DNA of 64,000 nt, taken from contig JAQGDQ010000496.1 of NCBI GenBank assembly GCA_030141605.1, positions 100,118-164,117 of the forward strand, given 5' to 3'. Source of the DNA: Tubiluchus corallicola. Taxonomy: Eukaryota > Animalia > Priapulida. Below the pieces are notes generated by a model that had not been told where the DNA came from, ran no database searches, and saw only the letters and a program-made list of their open reading frames with translations. Shown piece after piece: positions 50,590 through 64,000 of the stretch (positions within the stretch are counted from its first letter, which is position 1; every line of letters starts with the position of its first letter). Made by a program: the position numbers and the translations under genes.

Positions 50590-53500
50590 GATGTTTCCCT
50601 GCAAGAAGTGTATGCCAGAGAGTGTGCTGCAAAGCATTTTCGTTCAATCATACTAAGTTTTTTTACACTTTACCGCTCTAACAGCCATGTGTTTTTATGG
50701 AACTCTGCCGAGATTTTTCAGTTTTTCAGGAGCCTAAATTGACAGTAGCGCAATAACTTTCGCAAAATTGACATCCTACACCTCCATTCTGTAACTAAGG
50801 AAGTGCAAATTGCGTCCTATTTTAATATTGTTCATGGAAACCGGATATGATATCATATTTTCTCCAAAATGAGAATTGGTGACTTGGTTAGTATAAGCCT
50901 TGTTATTATTTGGGTCAAGTTTAGACAGAAGTTTGAACTAGTCCATCAAATTTTAAAGTCCATCGAATGACAGTAGTGCGATGATACTTTGACGCTTCCC
51001 AAACATGAAACTATTTGCACACGGTGTTTGTTAGTGACACTGCGGCCTAACATAACACAAAGTTGGTGACAAAATCATGAATTTTATTAATAATTTCCTC
51101 AGCTTGAAGCATGTATTTTGCCCTAATAGTTACAGAAGTTGAGAAATTAATCAATTATTGATTTAGTGAACTAAAACGTGTAAAATTATTCGGTTTATAT
51201 TACAGTGTAAGATTGAATTTAAATTTCTAATCATCCAAATGCACAAATATCAAAAGTATATGACGAGTACTAAAATGAGAGGGTGAAAGCCCAAATTACG
51301 GGTTCATTTCTGAGTTGTGAGGTAATTTGAAAAGCACTCTTGACAAATACAAGCTAGCAGCACTCTTTTCTAACAACGTGAGGTCCTAAGTTCCCCTAAC
51401 AGTCAGTACAGTGTGCACAGAAGCTGTTTAAAAATTTTTTTGACACTGAACAATGAATGTACTTGGCGTTTAATAATGAATTTTGCAAAAAACGGCCGAA
51501 AAATGGCCATTTTGGAGGTTTTTCGCCCCCCCCTTCCTTCCGAAAAATTCGAAAAATAAACCATCAATGGCACGACACTAGATCGAGACCTTTCGTTTGA
51601 TATATAGATCGCCGCAAACGGTGCCCTCGTCGAAGCTGTAGCCTCGAATCTTATATATATATATATATATATATATACCAAGAATATTAATATAAGAGAT
51701 AACACAGCAGCGTAACGCAATCTTATAGATCTGTATAAACACATGTTTTATTTCTTGAAGTATGACGAAATGAAGCACTTAACACCTGCTTCATTTCATC
51801 GTGACTGAATTCACAAAAGAGATGCAGCAAAATTATGTAAAAGCGAACCAGATTATTCAAATCTGCTCGAACTTGCCCAGGTTTCTCTAGCTTGAGAAGG
51901 ATTATTCAGTTTAGTGTTGCCAACCATAGTTAGACAAAATCCGTTTACTGTTTTCAAATGAGAAACAAAAATTTGGACAGAGACCAGAATGTCTATTGTC
52001 CAACAAATAATGCTATTTTCATAAAACTGAAGACGATCGTACTGACAAACATGATGTTGATTGTGGTGGGGATGAGGTTGCTCAAATTGCCAAGCAAATT
52101 GCCAAATATTATTGATCCTAACTGTCGAAACTAGCATTCCGAATGCAATTAATTATTTAACCGTTACTATATGTTAAAGTGTATTATAAACGTGAGAGGC
52201 TATATCAATCAATAATCAGAGTGCTTTAAATCCATGTAAAATAACAGGTTTGCATAGTTAGACTGAACAATACAATCCATTAGCTTCATAATTGGTCATG
52301 ATGTGATTCTTCAATCCTTGATAAATTGCTTTTTTCCAGGATATCTCTATATTAGCTTGCTCAGGGAGTTTCTCCCTGGAGAACAGTTATCATGCGATCC
52401 AGGACATACCTGCGTATTGCCTGTGCACAGTAGTTAGTTATGTAAAATATAATAACTAAATTGCTAGACTAGATGAACTAAAATGTTGTTTATTTACAGT
52501 TAGAACACAGATATTGTATACTGCTAAACTCCTAATGTCAGGTTTAACCAATTTGCTATCATCATGTATGAAGTGCAATAATTATAGTTTTAATGTTTTA
52601 GTCTTTGTGTCCATCGTTTTATTTTTACAGCTACGAAGGAAATGTGGATGCTACTACATTAAAATAAACGGAAATCGCTTTTTTCTAGCTTCACTAGCCG
52701 AACTGCGTGACTTAGCCTTTAGATAACGTGAACAATAAATAAATAAAAATCTTTTTCAGTCTGGTAACTCTAAAGCCACGAGACAACGAATTCACCAAAC
52801 CAGCCAGTTCTCGAAACTAATTACAATGATGACTATAATGACGATGACGCTTACATGACAAAAAAGTATCATTACTTACGTGCTACCGGTTAAAAATATT
52901 TGAAGCTTTGAATAATAACATTAACAGAACCAAGTTTGTGAACAAAGCAAATACCATGACACAAATCAACATTTAACTGTAGACGTACAGATGGCGGCAT
53001 GTGTGTTACCTAAATGTTTTCCTGTGTTTTTTTTTTACTGGCCCGGGGGTTCGACCCAACTAATATCCACTTAAAGCTTGTATCATTTTCTCGCAATCGT
53101 AGCCATCTACTGTAAATTTGGGTGTTTCCTCTTTTTCCAATCAGTTCTATTTCTTGGCCTTGACTGGCGTTCTCATCTTAGATGAATGAAATGTCTTATT
53201 TAGGAGTGGGATGCCTATAGGCCTGTCATTTGGACATAGGTAATTTGGACGCAAGTGATTTGGACACTTAGATAGTTCTGACACATATTTAAGTTACATG
53301 CGTCATTTTGAACAGAATTGGACACTTCGAAGAGTAGGCATTTACGCATGCGTAGCTTATTTTTCGCTGTTCAACATTTGCGAATTCTTATTAGAGGTAG
53401 GATCAATGACATTTTATTTTTATGCTAAATGCTTATTTAACTCAATACAGTTTTGTGCCAAATTCGCATTTCTGCTGCATACGTTTCACGACAGAAAGAA

Positions 53501-55034
53501 AGTTTGCTAACATGGCTGACTATGTTAAATTATTTGAACAAAAAAAGAGACAAAGCACTGAAGCTATTTACTCTATAAGAAATTCAAAAAAATAAAACCT
53601 ATAAAAGAGTACAAGGTTTACGATAGGTGCTGCGCGACTTTAATCCTTTCACACACGCACTAGTATGGGGGGGGGGGGGCATTCATTACAGAGTTATCGA
53701 AATGAACGCTTTATTGTATTACGATCGATTAAAGATCGCGGAGTGATCAGTTCTCAAAAGAGCAGCCATGCACGTTGTTTTCAGGGAAGCTATGCTTGCA
53801 GATATGTCAGCATGCGCAGAAATTTATTCATACTTGTGGCGACTACGGCTAATCAGGCACAATACTCATCAAATGACACAACCTGTGCGTACTAAAAAGT
53901 TTTTCATTGCCCACTTTAACAATTACTTGTAAAGAATAATCCTTTGAACTCGCCTGTTCAGTATTTTGTTGCATAATTGGAACGATAGTATTTACCAGGC
54001 AGTCCTTCTCTTTTCATTTAGCTGCCATTGTTCTAGAATTCTTAAATAATAGTCAGATTTACTAAGTCGTTAAACAATGATGTGAAAGAAGGTTATGCAG
54101 GCCTAGATGTGCAGGTATATACATTTGAAAGCTTTTTGGCTTGGAAAAATTTTGTTCATTGATCAACAGCTCAGACAACCTACAGCCTTAAAATTCTGAG
54201 CAAGCACAGAAGAATCGTGACTGAAGCTGCATTTGAAACAGCCAGCTGGAATAATGCAACCTACGATTTCCTTTTACACATACATGTAGGCTTAAATAGC
54301 AAATTTCGGAAGACGTAAGTTGCATATGCCTTCGTCAACGTTTTTCATCTTAAAGGAATTGCTTGATATTTGAGTGAATTTAGTATCTTTACTGCCTTGA
54401 ATATAATACATGTAATTGGTAATTTCTCAGTTTGTCCTCTGTTGGGCCTTTTGGGAGTGTAATTGTGAACCAGTTGCCTCTTTCGATTAAAAAGAGACCT
54501 GTCTGTCGTGACTGTTCCATATGTATCCCTCTGCGCAGTTCTAAATCAATTTGCGCAGTACAAAATCTACCACCTCGTCGCACCCGCTTCCAGGTTTTAT
54601 TTCTAAAGTTTCTTTAAAAAACGTAATATAGTTAAATATGTATAGGCCTAAGTTGACTAGTGAATTGTTCAACCACATGGTTTCTTCATTGACACGATAA
54701 TTACTCTTGAAATATATTAATTATATTTCTTTATTTGGCATCAAGGGTAAATAATAATAAAACACGATTTCACTATGTCTTCTACTGACGTCAATTTGGG
54801 TAATTAAATATAGTTTATCCTATTAGCTGCATAGGGGTGATCAATGATTATACAGCATGTATCTTTCTAGTTTCAATCCCGTGAATAACTATTATTGCAC
54901 ATGCAAATGCTTACCGGCTTCAGATAACCGAGTGGTATGAATGCGTAAGTTATTTTACTAGAATAATGTGCGAGGGCAAAAGTTTATGTTCTTAACTGGG
55001 TAATCTTCATTAGATCAGTGTGAGAACTTCGAAT

Positions 55035-55315
55035 CCAGATAAAAAAATTTGCAGAAAGAGTCACACAAAAAGGTCACTGGAGAAATGTCACAGGAAAAAA
55101 GTCACAGGTAAAAAGTCACAGGAAAAAAGTCAGTCGCAGGTAAAAAGGCACAGAAAAGTCACTGAGAAAAGTCAGGAAAAGGCACAGGAAAAAAGAATTA
55201 ACTGTAACTCTATCCCCAATCCTAATTGTGATTTTTTTTCCCGGTGACATTTATCCTAGCCAAAACTGTGACTTTTTTCCGTGATTTTTTCCTGTGATTT
55301 TATTATCGATTACCA
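55035..55315. mobile_element. Small foldback/MITE with GGAAAAAAGTCACA sub-repeat arrays in inverted orientation
   Basis: Forward units 55050-55195, reverse units 55227-55300, with a cccaatcctaa loop between them. Confidence 0.6.
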
Positions 55316-55693
55316 GAACTTCTCGTTCATGTTGTCAAAACTTCTTGGTCGTCGTACTAGTACATTAACGGGAAATTCTTCTATGTGGCATTCCACTCGT
55401 TCGATAAAGACGATTTTAAAGCAGAAAATTTTTCATCAGCATTGTGCAGTTTAAGGTCCTTGTTTGTAAGGTAACGGCTTACTAAGGGAGTATCGGACGT
55501 AGCTGGTTTTGAACTTGCCACAAGAATTCTTCAAATAAGTGGCTGGCAATACTTCTTGACAAAATATCCGAAAATATTTAATATTTTTATTAAACTATTG
55601 TTTGTTGTTGGTCTGCATGAATAAATTCTTAATTTCTCTTTTTCAGAAAGATTATGATATACATGTTCTGCTGGGTGGATTTTCAGATAAATA

Positions 55694-56671
55694 ATGCGCT
55701 GTAGGTCTGAGGGGAAAACCACTGACGTCTGTAACGATGGTTGTGAAAAAGTGAGTAATTCTACACGACGCAGAAAGTCCATTTTAATAAACAGACAAGC
55801 AGATGATTCCGAAGAATCGCTAAGTGGTGCTGAAGGCAAGAAGCGAAAGGGAAAGAGAGTCAGCTTTGCCGACGCTCAAGGAGAGCGTCTGCTTACCATT
55901 AGGCGAGTACCAGATGAGCCAAGTTTCGCTGACGATTTTGTGACCGCTGCTTCTGGAAGCCACTTAAGGTTTAACCCGTCTGATTTATTTGGAGAATTAG
56001 AATTCACCAACAGAACATTTGCGCACGAAGCACCTCAGGTAACTGCTATCAACAACAAACCTCTGGACATTATACCAAGTTCTTTCTCATGTTTTGCCTC
56101 TGAATCTAGTCCTTGGCGTTTGCAGTTTCCGCAACCGTCAACAGCGGACTATTTTCAGTTCAGACAGAAGCTAGCTCAAAACAATGTGATGTTAGAAACG
56201 GTTATAATAACCAAAGAAAACGCACTAACTGGTCTAATTAAAGTGAAAAATATAGCATATCAAAAAGCGGTTGGGATAAGAATAACTTATAACGAATGGC
56301 GGTCCTGTGGTGACGTATCAGCTACATACGTAGATGACATCACTTATGATGGCAGCAATTACGATTCATTCACGTTCACCGTGTACTTGCCCCCGCTTTT
56401 AGGCACAAAAAAGGAAATTGAATTTTGCGTGTGGTACTTTGTTCAGGGACAAGCATTTTGGGATAACAATGATGGCAACAACTATAAGATATGCTATCAA
56501 GAGACAGATGAAGAGAGCATTATCGCATTGTCATCAGAAGGTAGTTCAGGTAGACAATTCCATCCCCTGCCTAGTAGAAGACATTCAATAGGTGAGCGCC
56601 CACGTTTATTGGCCGTTAGTTCTCGTCTGCATAAGCTAAGGAGATCAATGCAAGGTGACATTGGGCTATGA
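55694..56671 (+). CDS. PPP1R3: Protein phosphatase 1 glycogen-targeting regulatory subunit (PPP1R3B/C-like), 325 aa, single coding exon
   Basis: SILK-like RKSIL, RVxF motif KRVSFAD, LQFPQP..DY..F..L..NNVMLE, CBM21 motifs VKNIAYQKAVGIRITYNEW and EFCVWY..FWDNNDGNNY; in-frame TAA at 55688-55690 just before the ATG. Confidence 0.93.
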   Translation: MRCRSEGKTTDVCNDGCEKVSNSTRRRKSILINRQADDSEESLSGAEGKKRKGKRVSFADAQGERLLTIRRVPDEPSFADDFVTAASGSHLRFNPSDLFGELEFTNRTFAHEAPQVTAINNKPLDIIPSSFSCFASESSPWRLQFPQPSTADYFQFRQKLAQNNVMLETVIITKENALTGLIKVKNIAYQKAVGIRITYNEWRSCGDVSATYVDDITYDGSNYDSFTFTVYLPPLLGTKKEIEFCVWYFVQGQAFWDNNDGNNYKICYQETDEESIIALSSEGSSGRQFHPLPSRRHSIGERPRLLAVSSRLHKLRRSMQGDIGL

Positions 56672-59249
56672 TAGCTACTCACGTTTAAATTACATATATA
56701 ATAGGCTAGGCCACAGCTAAAATATACAAATGCCTACTAGAAACACGGTTGACACTATGGAGAGTTGAGAGTTAGCTTAACTTCTCTGATTAATGTTTAT
56801 CCATGGCGAATATGTGTTGCAGCACGAATATTTTAATGTATTTGGTGCTAGTGTTAACATGACACTACAGGTGCAATATATACTTATGGTGCAATATTAC
56901 AAGTCCTGCATCACCGTTTCACTTGTTTAGTATCAATTTTCGTATTATGATTTATATAGAATTAAAATTACATTTTCATATAGGAACGTAAAGAATTTTT
57001 AAGCTTATTATGTAAGCAGAAAATGGCTGTCTGTAATAGGTCACTGAGAAATTTATAGTGACCATAGCTGACCATAGACGTGGCAGTAATAACTGACGAT
57101 GAAAATAGCTCCATGCTGTGTTAGCGACAACGAAAATTAATACTTTTTGTGAGTACAAAATGCTAACATTTCAGATTGTGAGCAAAATGATGATAGGGAG
57201 CATGGCACCGGCGGCATCAAGCTGTGGTGTTGTCAGTAGCTGAAGATAAAATGTGTTTTTGTATTTTTATTTCTGCTGAAAAAGATTATCTCTGTTACAG
57301 TTGTTTCAACAAAACCCAATGGATTCCTAAATATGCACAAAATGTCTAATAGATGGCCTTAGTAGGACGTTTTTGTAGATCTTAAAAAACGCTTAAAAAG
57401 ACTGTCGAAAAACAAATGATAGTGATAAATAGTTAATACTTATTATTAAAAAACATTAATTGCTTTATAATATATTGGATACAAAATCAAAATGGCTAAC
57501 ATTTCACATCTTATCCGGTTTTGCTACGTTCCTTATTGTTGATATTTCGTTTCTAATATTTGTCATCATAGGTAGTAAGTTACGTTTGAATCCGCTCTTA
57601 CAATAGAGACATCTACTGGCAAATGTTGTAATCTCCTGGCTTCCTATTAATCAGGAACAGTTGTGGACAAAGTTGTTTCTGTGTTACAAAGTTGCGGACA
57701 AAATTACAAACCACCTCCCAAAGAACACCTTCTGTGTTCAGAAGCAGTATACATAGTTATATGTGACCCACCATCACCTCACTGTCGGGCCGATTAATCA
57801 TAATGTCACTATCAGTTTTTAACGCACGCAGCCATAGGTTTTTTAAGTCTGGTTTTTCTTCACTCTAGGCTCACCAGATGAAGACAACTGATGGTAATGT
57901 GTAAAGAATGACAGTTGAACTTTTGAAATGTCTAAGAAATGCCTAGTAATATGTGTAACAGTTGTAAGTTGCTGATGAAAGGAAAATGTTTTTTCAATTC
58001 GGCTGAGAAAATTTTTGTTGGTGAGTTTTTAGCAATGGGCGCAATTTTGATCTGTAAACGTTACGATGCTAAGTCTTTCACGTATTGCACAACGTGTACA
58101 ATGTAGAGTTGAACACAGTATAAAAGTATGTGATCAGGGATATAACGCATTTATTCACGCAGAAGAATTTCATCAATAGTTTTTATTGTCAGGCTCAATA
58201 GTTAATTATTGAAAAGTGTTTGTAACTTATTGTTAAAATATGATTTTCACTTGAACATTGTTCAATAGTTCAGTAAGTTGGTACTTAAACAAGTGTTACG
58301 AACGTATCATAATAGCCTCTTAATGGCCTCATTCTGAATTATCTTTATCTTTTTCAGTTCTGATTTTAAATTGGTAATAAATTTTGTAGTTTTGTTGATA
58401 ATAAACCAGCACGTGATGGAAAGGTTATTTTACCGTTTTTTATAATTGTAAATAGATTCAGCTTTGGTGGTAACAATTTTTTTAACCAAACTAGAAACAA
58501 TATGAACTTGAAACCATCTTCGATCACATGGCAGTGTGTAGTCTAGTTGTCATGACACTGGATCACTTGCGATTGAAAGATCACTTATTTAAATCCAGGC
58601 TCAGCCCCGATTTGATTATACGTTTTCCCTTTTTGGCTCAACTTCCTTTTAAAAACGCAGTAGACCTTTTTATTTCATTATGTACGCAGATGCCACAAGA
58701 ATAATGAAAATCATGAAGTTGCCAAGAATGAACACAAAAACAATAGGAGTAAAATATGTGCTAAATGGAATAAAAGTAAAAAGAAAACAATTTAATCATA
58801 AATTAAAAACACATTACAAACATTAAGTATCATGGATTTGTATTATACTTATATATATATCCATAGAGTGACTGTAATACCATACACTGCAGATGCGCCA
58901 AATACATCATGTGTCATAAAACGTAATAATATTAGATAACATTAAACTACCAAAGCTTTTCCTAAGAAGAGCTTAAAAATGGTGGGCTTCCATCATTTCC
59001 TCCAATGTTTTGCAATTATAGTTAAATAAATTTTGCTTTACTTTGCGTGGTAAATAAGCAAAATACATAATTCGTATAACTAAGGTATTTTTCTGTAACC
59101 ACAATGGTACAACACGAACAGAAGCCACAGCTTACTTGAAGCTGCAGCTTACCTTTATTTCCGAGTGCAAAAACTATTTAAGCTACAAACACTACAACTA
59201 CAGTGACGGCGACAATAACAGCAGCAACAGAAATGCAACGCATAATCAC

Positions 59250-59930
59250 TTAAAATGATTGAAAAAGTAAAAACTGTCTTCGCAGAAGAAGACCAATGTC
59301 CATTGTGTAGGAGTCAGGCTGCAGTCGGAAGCTAATTGAATATGAATACAGGCACAATCACTGAAAATCTTTTTACGGATAACGCTGTTGATTTTTTCTT
59401 GTAGCAGGTGGGGTTGCTGCTCGTAGGATACCTCTTTTTGTAAATTGCATAGATATGAGGTATGAGTGAAAATTGGATTTGCTGCCTGCCGTCGAGCTAA
59501 AATTGTGAGATTTTTAAGATTGTAAGCAAGTGCTGCAAGCAAGTTGTCAGAAGCTAGGAATTAAAGAAGGAAAATCCTGCGAGCATCATTCATAAAAGAG
59601 GGATAAAAAGACCGCAGGACCGTTAAGTTCAGAAGAACTAGATCGACATTGTGATTTCGCAACAGAGTTAAGAAACAAGTTGGGTAAGCAGTCCATGTTT
59701 GGCTGGAGTACTCGTGCAATGTCAGATTGTCGATTTGTGAAGATAAAATTAGCGTCTGGGATATATGCAATATATCCTTAACCGCTAATGCAATAACCGG
59801 TATTGCAATATACTTCTCCCAGCTAAAACTCAAACAGGCCAAGAAAGGCCAAACAATGGACAAAATAACAACATGGAAAGACGTGAAACACACGAACGTA
59901 TGGCAGGCAGTTGTATTTTGATGGCAAAAA
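59250..59930 (+). mobile_element. Possible highly decayed Tc1-like transposase
   Basis: AVHVWLEYSCNVRLSICEDKISVWDICNI..YF resembles the VHVW.G.S..ICIF..Y..IL region of Tc1 DDE domains; many stops. Confidence 0.35.
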
Positions 59931-60798
59931 GTACCCACATTATGAAACTTTATAATGATGAAAGAAATTACATTTGCTACTTACGATCTTTGGCTCTTAA
60001 TGTACAATATTAGTTTAGCGCCACCTAAAAGCAGCGTGAAGTTATTTGCACAAGATATTACTGCGAATTTTTCAACGTCATTGTTTTCCATTTTCTGACA
60101 ACAAAGAAAAAGCCATTAAAGGATAAGAAAAGAGGTACCTGATGTAGGTTTCAGAAAATCGCCAAAAAATTATATTACTTTACAGCATTTTTATGCATAT
60201 ATCGTACTCGTGTTAAAAGGAATTTTTGTTTGTTTTCATTTTAAATTTCCGGCAATACTGTTCCGAAGTCGCCAGTACATGATGTCACCTACGCAAACGT
60301 AAATCAGGTCAAGACAAGGCAATGTTAAATTGTGTCCCAAAAATATTCCATGCAAATCTATATTACTTAGCATTTCACTTGCCTCCTGGAAAGACTTATG
60401 TAACAGGAAATAATAATTTAAAATGTTCGTGGCAAATGGTAAAATGTCGCTGGCTCATTTTTCCTGGGAGTTTATATTCGTACCTCCCAGAAAATTCTAG
60501 CTATCTTTAAGCGCTGCTGAAGCTATTGTTGAAAACAATAATACTACTGCTGCTGCTCCTGCTGATCGTCATGAGACTAATAATGGTACACTAGAATGAA
60601 TTGAGCATCGACTGAATGAGTCGGACATTTGATCGTCATCTTGAATTCAAGATGGCTGCGATGACGCCATCATAAATTATAATTTCGAAACAAATCGTCG
60701 TGAAACTAAGAAAGAATATTCTAGGATAAATTTTGCGTCTGTTGACGGTGTCAGTTTTTGAACCACTGTCTTGTCACGCGACCGGTTTGTACTGGACT

Positions 60799-60806
60799 TA
60801 TAAAAG
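60799..60806 (+). promoter_or_regulatory. TATA box candidate upstream of HAAO
   Basis: Consensus TATAAAAG 150 nt upstream of ATG 60949. Confidence 0.4.
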
Positions 60807-60948
60807 CCACGCCTTTCAACTTTAGGTATGCTAATGTTGTTTGCAACTATTTAGTATTGTCGTTTTGTGTGCGTAGCACTAGACCGCAGACTGTCAACCA
60901 GATTTTAGTTTATCCAAATTCAAACAATACTCGTTTCACAATAGCAAG

Positions 60949-63850
<2,902 letters not shown>

Positions 63851-63859
63851 GTATGTAAA

Positions 63860-63862
<3 letters not shown>

Positions 63863-63955
<93 letters not shown>

Positions 63956-63964
63956 TCTCCCTCT

Positions 63965-64000
<36 letters not shown>
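63863..64000. repeat. (CT)n microsatellite running to the window edge
   Basis: Seen directly. Confidence 0.95.

Noticed and set aside
55531-55839. Antisense ORF over the PPP1R3 start
   Set aside because: Shadow of the PPP1R3 CDS with no recognisable motifs.

Overview
AT-rich, microsatellite-rich animal (invertebrate-like) genomic DNA with GT-AG spliceosomal introns; not prokaryotic, and no CRISPR, rRNA or tRNA was found. Most entries in the ORF track are spurious, so I assembled genes by hand from splice sites and reading-frame phase. Five genes are supported: (1) FKBP15 orthologue on the minus strand (15 coding exons, 20773->5, running off the left edge); (2) a complete 7-exon, 275-aa secreted S1A serine protease with an elastase-like S1 pocket (24588-32998, +); (3) an unrecognised 164-aa secreted protein made of signal peptide, acidic stretch, CxC mini-collagen exon, Gly/Tyr-rich block and four basic GPPGKKSGxx decapeptides (39246-45657, +), which is the most novel item; (4) a PP1 glycogen-targeting subunit (PPP1R3 family, RVxF + CBM21; 55694-56671, +); (5) a 3-hydroxyanthranilate 3,4-dioxygenase (HAAO; 60949->63850, +, running off the right edge) with indels around its Fe ligands. 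Introns and intergenic DNA hold decayed LINEs, Tc1/mariner and Ginger-like remnants, piggyBac-, hAT- and foldback-type MITEs, minisatellites and many microsatellites. Family assignments come from recalled motifs, not database searches.
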